A DNA stretch of 64,000 nucleotides from Octopus sinensis (GCF_006345805.1 NC_042997.1:210490001-210554000); one strand, 5' to 3'. Positions 41,254 to 54,740 are shown, counted from the stretch's first letter. Made by a program: numbers and translations. The notes: generated by a model from the letters alone, not told the origin.

Positions 41254-41925
41254 TGGCCGTTTGCCAGCTCTGGCCGTTTGCTCGTGGCCGTTTGCCAGGT
41301 GGCACGTAAAAAACATCCACTACACTCGCGGAGTGGCTGGCGTTAGGAAGTGCATCCAGCCGTAGAGACACTGCCAGATCTGACTGGGCCTGACGAAGCC
41401 TTCCAGCTTCACGGACCCCAGTTGACCCGTCCAACCCATGCTAGCATGGAAGGCGGACGCTAAATGATGATGATGATGATGATGATGATATTTATTATTT
41501 AATTGAACGCGAAGCATCCATTTCCAAGTAAGTGTGTGTGTGTGTATATATATATGTATGCATGCATGTATTTCACTTTTAATAGTTTCACTATGTATAT
41601 ACGATATACATAGTGAAAGTGTTAACAGTGAAACTATTAAAACTGAAAGTATTATCTCACATTACAATAGAGAGGGTATTGTTTCACTTTTGATATGTAA
41701 ATACTGAAATATTGTAAGAGATAAGAGATTGCTCTGGGCTTGCATTAGGAAGTTGGAAATTGTTTTGGCCCATGACACTGCATGGACCCTAAGTAAGGCA
41801 TGGGTAAAATTTGAATGAAATCGGTTGCGTAATTATCGAGTTTTAGTGATGCACATACATAGAGACAGACACACATTCTCAGTTATATATATATATATGT
41901 ATATATACACACACACACACATATG

Positions 41926-41967
<42 letters not shown>

Positions 41968-42184
41968 AAAGCAATTAAGATTCAAGTCAATTCTAATGAA
42001 TTTACTTGAATGCAGTACTTAACTTAGATGCACCGGAAAACTATATGGTGTTAACCATACAGTAATGTGGGGTGATTATAAACGAGAAAGAAGCAACAAG
42101 AATGGATTAGTTTTTAGTACAATTGTTTCATACAAAGACAGGCTTTATTAAAAGTTGCAAAAATTCTAAGGCATAGAAAATTTA

Positions 42185-42571
42185 AGTCTATGCGGGGAAA
42201 ATAACGTAATCTATAAATGTACCATATCTACTGAGAATAACAAATTTTTTTACATTGGTTGTACGATAAATTTTAAAGAGAGAGTTAGAAATCACGTCTC
42301 ATCTTTTAAATTACGTCATAAAGCTGGTACCACCACACTTTCAAGTAAGATCTGGGAACTCAAAAATAATAACAGGAATTATAACCTTAATTGGGAAATA
42401 GTTAGGAGAGCAATGCCGTATAAAAATAACAGGGTTGGTTGCCAACTCTGCTCCATGGAGACCTATGAAATTCTAAGGCATAGAAAAAATAGAGGTTTGT
42501 TAAATAACCATATTGAAGTAGGTCAAGTTTGTGTCCACGCTAAATTGAAGACTCTAAAATATTTTAAATGA
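42185..42571 (+). pseudogene. Penelope-like GIY-YIG endonuclease domain (C-terminal ORF fragment, uninterrupted)
   Basis: Manual translation: SLCGENNVIYKCTISTENNKFFYIGCTINFKERVRNHVSSFKLRHKAGTTTLSSKIWELKNNNRNYNLNWEIVRRAMPYKNNRVGCQLCSMETYEILRHRKNRGLLNNHIEVGQVCVHAKLKTLKYFK*; VIY..YIG motif, catalytic R and C-x2-C/C-x-H pattern typical of PLE endonucleases. Confidence 0.85.
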
Positions 42572-43039
42572 ATAACTGTATAGAATAATCGTAACAAGAT
42601 AGATAGATAGATATAGCTGGGTTTTTACTAGTATAGCATTACTTTAATTTTTAAGTAGATAACTGCGAGTTCTCACACTATAGTTATCTTTTTCTTTATA
42701 ACTGCACCTGATTTTGAGCACAAGGAAATAAATAGTACTTGTACGTTGCTTAAATGAAGTTTTATTTAATTTTAAATCTTAATTTTTAATTTTGAATTTT
42801 GAATTTAATCTAATTTAGGTAACACAACTTTAATAATAAAATAAAATAAGTTACTTAGGCCTCATAATTCTTTTACAAAATTAAATAAGTAAGGCTACTC
42901 CCTTGAAAAGTAGTATGAGAAATTTCAAAATAATAGACAATTCCATCACACCTTGTAAACTAATCTTCTAAGTTTTGACCTGTAGTCTGTCAATGTATAG
43001 ATAGTAACGGCAACAATTTAAGACAGTAACAGGAATAAA

Positions 43040-43990
43040 TAAATAAATAAATTTAAATGACCTCTTGTTAGGATTGCACTTAGATTTTTTCTCTTAATGT
43101 ATTTCCTTTTGATGATAGCCTTTGACCCCTCTACCCCTGACCTTGTTATCTCTTTAGATCCATATCTGCTTTCAACTACATCAGGTTGGCAATAAATAGC
43201 TGTTTTACTGGTCAAAAATAATATTCTCCTTATAGTTCCTGGATTCTTGCAAATTCAAGCCAGCCAGGCAGTCTACAAATTCTTCTGTGTAGTATGTCAC
43301 TTTAGAACCCCCTTCCCTCCAAGTTGTCACAGTATACTCTATGTGGGCGTTTTTTCTTTTCTCCCTTCTTTCCCTTTTTTCTTTCCCCTTTTTTTCTTTT
43401 TTCTTTTTCTTTTTCTTCTTTCTTTTTTCTTTTCTTCTCCCCTTTTTTCTTTTCCTTTTTTCTTTTTTCTTTTCTTTTTCCCTTTCCTTGTCTCTTTTCT
43501 CCTCTTTCCTTTCTTTTCTTTTCTTTGCTCCACAAAAATTCCTTCGGCCTTTAGAAGTCATAACTTAGCAGTCTTGTGAAAAGAACAGTAATGTGGCAAA
43601 TATCTTATCATATAGCATGAAATGATACCCACCTCATTGTGGATTAACCATGGATAAATTCATCGTCTGTGAGTATGAAATTCCTCCTCATATCTCTGGA
43701 AATTTACATCTACACTACGGATTAATTCACCTTTTCTGTGAAGCTAATAAGCTTTTTTTAAAAACCTGTGATAAGACTGCATCATCATTAAGGAACTTCG
43801 GAAATCTGTTTACAACCTAAATCTGCTTTTAATGAAATTATCTCCAATACTTCATGAGTATAGCCTCACCCACTAAGATGTTTGGAGAACTCATATGTAT
43901 TTTAGCTGATGAGTACGGGACACTTTTATCTGCTGCAATTTTTGCAACTTTTAATAAAGCCTGTCTTTGTATGAAACAATTGTACTAAAA
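43040..43990 (-). pseudogene. Unidentified decayed ORF (frameshifts, stops, purine-tract expansion)
   Basis: Successive open pieces: LLKVAKIAADKSVPYSSAK / EVLEIISLKADLGCKQISE / FLNDDAVLSQVFKKSLL / GELIRSVDVNFQRYEEEF..IYPWLIHNEVGIISCYMIRYLPHYC / HIEYTVTTWREGGSKVTYYTEEFVDCLAGLNLQESRNYKENIIFD / KTAIYCQPDVVESRYGSKEITRSG. Confidence 0.45.
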
Positions 43991-44039
43991 ACTAATCCAT
44001 TCTTGTTGCTTCTTTCTCGTTTATATATATATATATATA

Positions 44040-44957
44040 TACTAGCAGTATCGCCCGGTGTTGCACGGGTTTGTAAGGGAAATAACTATATAAGCATTTT
44101 TAGTGAGTTATAGCAAAAAAATAGCAAAAAATGCATTAAAAATGTAATAAAAAATTATGGTAATTTTTTTTTTAAATCGTTGACTCATCGTAGACATTTT
44201 TAGAGAGTTACTTCCCTTATATAATAGCGAAAAATGCATTAAAATGGAATAAAAAATTGTAGTAAATTTTTTTTTAAATCGTAGACGGATCGTAGACGCG
44301 CGCTAATATCCAGAAGGGCTCGATATGAATCACGACTATAAGATACCCGGTTTTGGTTACACTGAACCGCAAAATGTGGGAGTAGTTAGGAATCTAAATC
44401 GTAGGAGACAGACACACAACTTCACTTTTATATATAAAGATTTGTGCAACAACTAAAACATTCGGTTGGGCAAATTGTTGGCACAGGAAACCTGCCCTGT
44501 GTGGCGGTTTTTGCCGTTTTTGTGGATCTGTTTCAGCTTTTTTAGCGATTTCTGTTTTGGTGTCTTCAAGCCAGGAAGTCGTTGTTCTAAAAGAACGCTG
44601 GTCTCCTTGACAACGCTTTACGACGTTGATTTCCTTACACTCCCTTCCCCACAGCTTCACGAGGGAGGGAAGAAGGGAGAGAAGCAAACAGGTGCAGGTG
44701 TGAGCGTGGACGCCAACTCCGCCGCCATCGACACACGAAAAAATATGCATTAAAATGGAATAAAAAATGATGTTAAATCATTTTTAAAATCGTAGACTCA
44801 TCGTAGATGCGCGCTAATACCCAGACGGGCTCGATATGAATCACGACTATAAGATACCCGAATTTGGTTAAACTGCACCGCAAAATGTGGGAGTAGTTAG
44901 GAATCTAAATCGAAGGGGACAGACACTCACACAACTACAGTTTTATATATATAGATA
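44040..44957 (+). mobile_element. Non-autonomous Helitron/Helentron-like element with internal direct duplication
   Basis: Starts ACTAGCAGTATCGCCCGG with a cccg..cggg hairpin; 44270-44440 is repeated at ~44790-44957; flanked by (TA)n. The classification is inferred. Confidence 0.5.
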
Positions 44958-44959
44958 TA

Positions 44960-44988
44960 GTCTCACACATATCCACACACACACACAC

Positions 44989-45030
<42 letters not shown>

Positions 45031-45492
45031 ATATATATACACACACACACATGCACACATATATACAGATATTATATATATATATATATTATACACACAC
45101 ACGCACCCATATATACAGATATATATATATATATATATATTATACACACACACACGCACACATATATACAGATATATACACACACACACACATATACAGA
45201 TATATACACACACACACATATATACAGATATACACACACACACACACATATATACAGATATATACACACACACATATATACAGATATATACACACACACA
45301 CATATATACAGATATATATACACACACACAACATATATATACAGATATATACACACACACATATATATACAGATATATATACACACACACGCACACATAT
45401 ACAGATATATACACACACACACATATACAGATATATATACACACACACACACATATACAGATATATACACACACACACATATACAGATATAT

Positions 45493-45529
<37 letters not shown>

Positions 45530-45710
45530 CATATACAGATATATACACACACACACACACACATATACAGATATATACACACACACACACACACATATAT
45601 ACACACACACACACATATACAGATATATACACACACACATATATATATATATATGTATATATATACACATTCATATAAATACATATTTATTCACACACAC
45701 ACACACATTC
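44960..45710. repeat. (tacagatatatacacacacaca)-type satellite
   Basis: Directly visible repeated tacagatata anchor. Confidence 0.9.
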
Positions 45711-47073
45711 TGTGTGCTATGGTACCCCCGCCGCATACATCATCATCATTGTTATACACACACACACCTTTTCCTCATTGCAAAGCAACTAGCTGTACTT
45801 TCCAAACCTTTTTGCACTAAATCCCTTATTCCACTTATAAGGTTTCCGTTGATCTTACCCCACTGGCATGCAGGGCTTCAGTCACCCCTACCCCCACTCC
45901 CCACACTGACAGACAAGGCTTCAGTCGACCCCCACTCAGCACCTCACCCACACACCCCTCACTGCAAGGCTTCAGTCACTCCACATCCTAACACACAGGT
46001 ATACTCTTTTACTTGTTTCAGTCATTTGACTGCGGCCATGCTGGAGCACCGCCTTTATCGAGCAAATCGACCCCGGGACTTATTCTTTGTAAGCCCAGTA
46101 CTTATTCTATCGGTCACTTTTGCCGAACCGCTAAGTAACGGGGACGTAAACACACTAGCATCGGTTGTCAAGCAATGCTAGGGGGACAAACAGACACACA
46201 CACATAAATAAATAAATATATATATATATATATATATACATATACATACATATATACGACAGGCTTCTTTCAGTTTCCGTCTACCAAATCCACTCACAAG
46301 GCATTGGTTGGCCCGGGGTTGTAGCAGAAGACACTTGCCCAAGATGCCACGCAGTGGGACTGAACCCGGAACCATGTGGTTGGTAAGCAAGCTACTTACC
46401 ACACAGCCACTCCTGCGCCTATACATGTAGAATAAATATATTTCTCTGCAGTGCGGAAAAAAAGACGTGAGATGTTAGAGGCTGAACCAATAAATAAATG
46501 TATGTTGGGTTATGTACACAACTTAAAAGCATTTGATCCCTTTGTGTGCACCCGGTAATGGGGTAGAAAGTGATTTGAATGCACACTGGGTGGAGAGTAC
46601 AATGAAGATGTAGAGTGTGGGTATGGGAGCTTATCATGAAAGTTTGATAGACTCTGGGTGCATTGCGTGACAGCCGATTGTGATATTTACTTAGGTGTGT
46701 AGATAAATATTTGCACAGACAACCATACGTAATTGTGTGGCCAATTATACTCCAAGCAGGAGTGAATGTACGAGCATGGGTGTGTACGTGAGGACATATG
46801 CGTTAGTGTGTATGTACATGTATGTATACTCTTTCACCCTTTCACTTGTTTCAGTCATTTGACTGTGGCCATGCTGGAGCACCGCTTTCAGTCGACCAAA
46901 TTGACACCGGGACTTATTCTTTGTAAGCCTAGTACTTATTCTATCGGTCTCTTTTGCCAAACCGCTATGTTACGGGGATGTAAACACACCAGCATCGGTT
47001 GTCAAGCGATGTTGGGGGGACAAACACAGACACACAAACATATATGGAAAGCGGACGTTAAATGATGATGATG

Positions 47074-47119
<46 letters not shown>

Positions 47120-49547
47120 TATACGACGGGCTTCTTTCAGTTTCCGTCTACCAAATCCACTCACACAACTCCATCAAATTTGATGGAGTTGTGTGTGGGG
47201 TGAGGTGGGGGTGTCACAAGGCCCCATTTTGTAGGTACACAATCCCCATTCCCAAGACAGGCATCATTCATTATTAAAGGAGCAAAGTCAAGGAGTTAAT
47301 AATAATAAAATTGTTCTTCAAATGTCTGACCAAAGAGAAACATTGGGGGGTGGGGCAGGAATTTAATAGAAATGTCCCCAGAGACGGATGGGGTGGGGGT
47401 AATATGAGAATGGTAATAGGACAAATTTGAACCAATAAAAGAGCGCCTCTATGGAGTTGCTTGACGTGCTAGAAATAGCAGCAAATTCTCCTTCTAATCA
47501 CAAGAGAAGGTCACATTGGACAATGAACTTCCTAATATTGAAAAGAATAAGATAGTTATAACTGTAACACCTTTGATCATAGGCCAACTGGACAAAGGCT
47601 GTCTGACCTAGGGTTAAACAACAGGAGAGAGAGAGAGAGAAAGAGAAAGGGAGGGAGGTAGGTAGGTAGGTATAGTTATCTAGATACTGTTGGATGTTTG
47701 AAACAGAGACTGGCACTAGAAAACGGTACCCCAGGGTACAATGGTTCTTGTCCAACTCATCTCCTACAGACATTATTGGCTTTGTTTGTCTTCCCTCTAT
47801 GCAGATTATTATCAGCTCCATGTATCCTTCCTCTTCGGTAATCTCTCTCTCTCTCTCTCAAGCTATGGCTATCACTTCCTCCCTCCCTAACAGCTTGTCT
47901 CCACCTCTTCCCATTGACATACATAAATGGGTGTGTGTGTTATACATGCATCTATCACACACACACACACACACACACAATGATTCATTGTTATGTTTAC
48001 ACAGCTAAGTGCACCATTGCTTGTGCCATAAAACCTCTTAGACGAAATAAAACAAAACTTTTTCTCTCCTTCTTCAAATATTTATAACCTCAGACACCAT
48101 TATCATGGCCACCACTGCTACAGCGACCAGAGCCCTCACATGCGAATCAGGTTTGTGGTACAATGGCTCAGTCTACGAACTGAAGCCTCTCTCTACCATT
48201 TCCAAAATGGAAACGAGAAATGAGCGCCAGAACTAAAACTTCAGGACAGTTACAAACCTACAAGACATGGCTGCGAGCTGGCAGAACCGTTAGCATGCCG
48301 GGCGAAATGCTTTGTGGTATTTCTTCCACCACTGCGTTTTGAGTTCAAATTCCGCTGAGGTTGACTTTACATTTCATCCTTTCGGGGTCGATAAATTAAG
48401 TACCAGTGACGCACTGGGGTTGATGTAATCGACTTAATCCGTTTGTCTGTCCTTGTTTGTCCCCTCTAATGTTTAGCCCCTTGTGGGCAATAAAGAAATA
48501 GGTATGGCAGTGGTTTGGTTTAAGCTACATTCTGCTGCTTTTAGCCATCATCATCATCATCATCATCACCACAACCACTACTACCAGCGCCACCATAACC
48601 ACCCCCTCCACTGGCAGCCAACAAAGAAACATCTCCAAGGTTACTAGATCTGTTAGAACTAATAACCAATTCTTCCTCAAGGACACATTCAATAATGTGG
48701 TTCTAAAACCCTCTAAATATTTAAGGGATGGCCATGGTTGGAACGCCTTTGATCATAGATCTGCTGGATCATAGATTACATAAAGACGAATATCTACTGT
48801 AGCTCCTAATAGTGAGAACTTCTACATGGTCACTGAGCTTGCTGAAAATAGCCACCAAATTTCCTAAATCTATCATCTTATAAGCGTGCACATTGGATAG
48901 TGTTGTCCAAGGTAGACTATTCCAAAAGAAAAGATGAGATGATCACATCTGTGACCTGGGGCTAAACAGTAACCTCCACCTACCCCCTATCAATATTATG
49001 CACCTCCAGGAACTAATGAAAAGGTATAAGGGTGCGTTTTGTACCCTTTTCTTACTTGAATGAAAAGGACAATAAAATCCCCCAGGTCCTCCTGTTGTAC
49101 CTCTGTCCACTTGTGGTTACTATACTAGCTAGAAATAATAGCCAAGCCTTTCCATTATCACAGCCTAGCATCTTAAGTAAAAGAAGGAAAGATACATTTG
49201 CACAATGTAATCCTAGATACACTCATCCTGAAAACAAAACGGAACGCTCACAACTTTGTAACAATGGAGGTAGAAGTAGTTGAAGGTGTTTCCAATTCTG
49301 AGTGAAGGGCAGCAATTGTGAGGCAAGTCGTCAGATCAGTTACATTGACCCCTCTCTCCCCAGTACTTCACTGGTACTCATTTTACTGACCCCCCCACGA
49401 CAAAAAAAAAAAGGATGAAAGGCAATGTGACTCCAGTGGGATTTGAACTCAGAACATGAAGAGCCAAAAGAAATGCTATCAAGCATTTTTCCCAATGAAC
49501 AAACAATTCTGTCAGCTCAATAATAATAATAATAATAATAATAATAA

Positions 49548-50097
49548 ACCATATGACATATTACCAGCCAATGTACATCACTAGCCCAGAAGGAAAATAA
49601 GAGATGTCATGACAACATAGCAAGGCTTGTCCATTGGACACTTTGCAACAAGTATGGACTTGACAGAGCAAAAAATTGGTATGACTACAAAAAGATCCTG
49701 TGAGATTTTATGATTCAGTGCGACCATGAGATTGAGAATAGGAAGCTACAAACTATGCTGGATCATAGATATAGCATGCTCATATGACAACAAGATATGC
49801 GATAAGGAAGAAAGAAAAGTCGAGAGATATGACAGGTTAGCTTGGGAAGTTAAGCAGTTGTGGTCGATGAAAAAGGTGGCAGTAGTACCAATAATTGTTG
49901 GAGCCCTGGGAACAGTGAGCAAAAATCTTGAGAAGTACGTGGAACAAATAGGGGCTGCAATAAGGGAGGAGCACTGCTTGGAACTTCTCGAATACTATGG
50001 AAGGTGCTTGAAAAATAAGAGGTGTTACCTTAGTTCATTGGTAGTGAACAGCTGACACCGTAGTACATTTCCAGGGTTAGAAGCTGTGCAAAGGCAA
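49548..50097 (+). mobile_element. R4/Dong-clade non-LTR retrotransposon 3' fragment (restriction-like endonuclease) in (TAA)n
   Basis: HITSQCTSLAQKENKRCHDNIARLVHWTLCNKYGL...WIIDIACSYDNKICDKEERKVERYDRLAWEVKQLW..VVPIIVGALGTV; internal deletions and frameshifts; TAA repeats on both flanks. Confidence 0.85.
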
Positions 50098-50105
50098 TGA
50101 TGATG

Positions 50106-50139
<34 letters not shown>

Positions 50140-50146
<7 letters not shown>

Positions 50147-50510
50147 AACAAGAGCACTCAGAGAGTGCAAACCTCCGTCAAGGCAACACCAACATCCTCT
50201 CAAAGATTATCCAGAGATGATTTTTAAAATGAGAATATCTGAAATAAACATGATTTCTCACAAACGAGAATACTAAAAATGAACCCAACTGTTCTCAAAT
50301 ATTAAGTAAAAAAAAAACAGGAAAAATAATCCAGAATCCTTGTCCGGTACTGGATCAATCCCAAAATCTAATCATTTCGTACCAGATATGAGGCCAAACA
50401 TCCCTGAAAGTTTCATTCGAATCCATCCAATGGTTCTTGAGATATCTTGGACAAACACAACTGAATACAATACCTCCACCTTCGCTAAAGCAGAGGTAAT
50501 AATAATAATA
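50140..50510 (+). mobile_element. Non-autonomous interspersed element with subterminal acctcc motif and terminal hairpin, in (TAA)n
   Basis: aacctccgtcaaggc near the start; acctccaccttcgctaaagcagaggt hairpin at the end; flanked by aat repeats. Confidence 0.4.
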
Positions 50511-51904
50511 ATTCTGTTATGGGTACAGGGACTGAATTTTTTTGAGGGTAGGGTATAGTTGATTATATTGACCCCTGTACTCGACTGGTACTCATTTCAC
50601 TGATAATAATAAAGGGCAAACGTTGGATTGATATATCTTGATATTAATATATTCTTTTCTACTCTAGGCACAAAGCCTGAAATTTTTGGGGAGGGGGGGG
50701 GCAGTCAATTAGATTGACCCCAGTATGCAACTGGTACTTAATTTATCGACCCTGAAAAGATGAAAGCATAGTCGACCTTGGCAGAATTTGAACTTGGAAC
50801 GTAGCAGCAGATGAAATATATATTTCTTTATTACCCACAAGGGGCTAAACACAGAGGGGACAAACAAGGACAGACAAACGGATTAAGTCAATTACATCGA
50901 CCCCAGTGCGAAACTGGTACTTAATTTATCGACCCCGAAAGGATGAAAGGCTAAGTCGACCTCGGCGGAATTTGAACTCAGAACGTAATGACAGACGAAA
51001 TACCGCTAAGCATTTCGCCCGGCGTGCTAACATTTCTGCCAGCTCACCGCCTTAAATAATTCGTTTCTACTCTAGGCACAAGGCCTGAAATTTTTTTTTG
51101 GCGGGGGGGGGGAGGGGGCAGTCAGTTAGATCAACCCCAGTATGAAACTGGTTCTTATTTTATCAACTCCGAAAAGATGAAAGGCAAAGTTGACTTCGGC
51201 GGAATTTGAACTTAGAAAGTAAAGGTAGATAAAATAGCACTAATCATTTCGCCAGGTGTGCTAACGATTCTGCCGGCTCCCCCTGCCTTTGATATTAATA
51301 TATTAAAATATCGATATATTTGTCTGATATATTTAACAATAATAGTAGCAGCAGCAACAGTCTGGCAATGTTCCCAACTAAAATCCATCCACGTCAGACC
51401 AAAATAACTATAAAAAAAAAAATAATAATAAAGAACTTCTATAAATGTAACAAAGCAATCGGTCATTATTGCAATATACTGCAGCAAGTTGCAGTATTGG
51501 AAGCAGAGAGGATGGGGGGGGGGCTTGAACCAACATCTATTTTTCACTACCAGGCTGCATTAAGCAGCACTGCACATATACACATGAATGAGTGCACACA
51601 CACACACACACACATAAAATTTAATATTTCAAGCCAATGCCATGATTCAATTATCTACAATAGCAGCAGCAGCATTCTGGACATTTTCTACTTAAGCATG
51701 AATTTGAGTATACAAGTGTACATCCTCATAACTTGATGATGATCGGATAAACGATGATGTTCATTACTATTATTAATTATTCAAATAAGTTACTAAATGG
51801 CACGATCATAGAATTATGAAGATGGAAGCCATCAAACCTGGTCTTGAAAAATCTTAGTTTACTCTTTGAATCAGCCTCAAAACAATATCCAGTGAGACTA
51901 CATA

Positions 51905-52390
51905 TCAACTGTCATTTAGATAGCACACAACTATCATTTAGATCATATGCCAACCGTCATTTAGATCGCATGCCAACCGTCATTTAGATCACATGCCAAC
52001 CGTCATTTAGATCGCACGCCAACCGTCATTTAGATCGCACGCCAACTGTCATTTAGATCGCATGTCAACCGTCATTTAGATCGCACGTCAACCGTCATTT
52101 AGATCACACGCCAACCATCATTTAGATCGCATGCCAACAGTCATATAGATCGCATGTCAACCGTCATTTAGATCGCATGCCAACCATCATATAGATCGGA
52201 TGTCAACCGTCATTTAGATCGCATGCCAACCGTCATACAGCTTGCATGCCAACCGTCATACAGATAGCATGTCAACTGTCATTTAGATTGCACATCAACC
52301 ATCATTTAGATCGCACGCCAACCATCATTTACATCACAAGTCAACCATTAACTAGACCACACATTGACCATCAATTAGACCGCATGTCAA
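51905..52390. repeat. 23-bp minisatellite (caaccgtcatttagatcgcatgc), roughly 20 copies
   Basis: Head-to-tail units without spacers, diverging toward both ends. Confidence 0.9.
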
Positions 52391-53624
52391 ATACAATTTG
52401 ATTGTGCCAATCCCCAATGCGACATTATACAAAATTGCAGTGGACCCCAAAGTAAACACCAGTAGACCTTATGCTAACTATTGACCTTAAATCAAGCTTC
52501 TATTAGATATCGGTGAGTATGTGGGGGCAGGAGATGAACAATATTTCTTGCAAACAGAATAATGGGATAACGATTAATAACACCAGAAACGGTCGATATC
52601 TACAGTAGCAGCCCTGAAAAGCATAATTTCTGCTGCTAACTCTACTTTCCTTACCAGCCCCTGCCTGATATTAACTGCTTCACTCCTCTCTCCATCCTTA
52701 TTGCCACTAATAAACATTACACAAAGTCTCTTTTTCTCCGGTGACTCCTAAATCTTCTGAGACCCTTTCTTTCATTAAACCAGATAAGTTTCAACCATTA
52801 TGTTACTTATATAAGGATATGACAAAGATACAAGTGTTTTCCTTTCAAAGAAGGCACACTGTAATTTGAGGGAGATTTAGCTACTTTTTCTAGCAGGTCA
52901 TCTGGCCACATAGCAGTTACAATTCTTCTCCAGAGCTGTTAATCTAAAATTTTGTAATGATGGAAGCCTGAACTACAATGGATTTGTCCTACAGAGGATG
53001 TTTCCAGTTACTTTTGGGTACCTCCTTGTATATGATGGATTGACTTACTAGAAATAGCAGATAAATATCCCTGAAATTACACTCACTGTCTATAAGAAAA
53101 TAAAGAGGTGGACTTTGGGAATTGTTATCCCTTAGCTCATGAAAAATGAAATGAGGGGTAAAAAAGATTGAAATTGGGGGGAGGGATCCTTTCAGAATCA
53201 TAATTTCCACTGATGAAGCACAAGAATATTAAAAAAAAACAAAAAAAAAAGCCCCCTAAGTCTTTGTCTTTCCTTCCCCAGGAGATGACTGTTACCCCAA
53301 AAGTCTAGCAAAAGAAAGTACCCGTTAGATAAGAAGCAGTTTTGTAGTATAGACTCAGGAGTTATCTACAGGGAAAGGAAAAAAGAAAAGAAATTCTTCA
53401 CATACTCTCTCTCTTTACTCTTTTAATTGTTTCAGTCATTTGACTGTGGCCATGCTGGAGCACCGCCTTTAGTCGAGCAACTCGACGCCGGGACTTATTC
53501 TTTGTAAGCCCAGTACTTATTCTATCGGTCTCTTTTGCCGAACCGCTAAGTGACGGGAACGTAAACACACCAGCATCGCTTGTCAAGCAATGCTAGGAAG
53601 ACAAACACAGACACACACACACAC

Positions 53625-53657
<33 letters not shown>

Positions 53658-54609
53658 CATATATACGACGGGCTTCTTTCAGGTTCCGTCTACCAAATCC
53701 ACTCACAAGGCTTTGGTCGGCCCGAGGCTATAGACACTTGCCCAAGGTGCCACGCAGTGGGACTGAACCCGGAACCATGTGGTTGGTAAACAAGCTACTT
53801 ACCACACAGCCACTCCTGCACCTATGTGTAGATGTGTAGAGTTGTAAACATCATAGATTAAGATTCTGATAAAATAAATGTAAAAGAGACGTGGGGGGGG
53901 GGTACAGCACCATTTTCTGCGTAATTGATTCATGTTTTAAAAAGTTACTCATATTTTTTGAGGAATCATCATAGAGTTAATGTGAGATGTTTAAAATAAA
54001 TCTAAAACAAAAAAAAAAAAATGGAAAAAGAGAAGCAAAAGGAATTCAAAACTGAAAAATTACGGAAAACACAAAGGAAGGACTATTCCTCGGTTTGAAA
54101 TATGCACATCGGAAGACATTACAGTTTTTGGTACTCCAGGTGATTTCTAAGTACTCAACAAGAACACCTACACAATGTAGAACCATGTGTGTATATATAT
54201 ATACACAGGCACAGGAGTGGCTGTGTGGTAAGTAGCTTGCTTACCAACCACATAGTTCTGGGTTCAGTCCCACTGCGTGGCATCTTGGGCAAGTGTCTTC
54301 TACTATAGCCTCGGGCCGACCAAAGCCTTGTGAATGGATTTGGTAGACGGAAACTGAAAGAAGCCCGTCGTATATATGTATATATATATGCATGTGTGTT
54401 TGTGTGTCTGTGTTTGTCCCCTAGCATTGCTTGACAACCGATGCTTGTGTGTTTACGTCCCCGTCACTTAGCGGTTCGGCAAAAGAGACTGATAGAATAA
54501 GTACTGGGCTTACAAAGAATAAGTCCCGGGGTCGATTTGCTTGACTAAAGGCGGTGCTCCAGCATGGCCGCAGTCAAATGACTGAAACGAGTAAAAGAGT
54601 AAAAGAGTA

Positions 54610-54740
54610 AAGAGAATATATTAGAATGAGATAACAAAGCCAAGGCTGTGAGGAGTTTTCAGGACATTTATAATAAAATAGCCCTACAGCTGTTTCTAGG
54701 ATATTATGGATATCCCTTCATCAGAGATGGTGAGAAAATA
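54610..54740 (-). mobile_element. Penelope-like terminal fragment with degenerate hammerhead (second copy ~21405-21545)
   Basis: atct-CTGATGA-agggatat..atatcct-aGAAAC-AGCT-GTA; the copy at ~21480-21535 has CCGATGA; shared flank aaccaaggctgtg/agccaaggctgtg. Confidence 0.5.

Larger units (their letters stand above)
42077..44025. mobile_element. 1.95-kb composite unit bounded by perfect 89-bp inverted repeats
   Basis: 42077-42165 is the exact reverse complement of 43937-44025; both ends begin/end with TA. Confidence 0.75.

Noticed and set aside
42600-43000. Possible mitochondrial insertion (very AT-rich block)
   Set aside because: No recognisable mitochondrial gene, rRNA or tRNA; more likely the PLE 3' UTR.
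51905-52390. CRISPR array or coding repeat
   Set aside because: No spacers; the 23-bp unit is not a multiple of 3.
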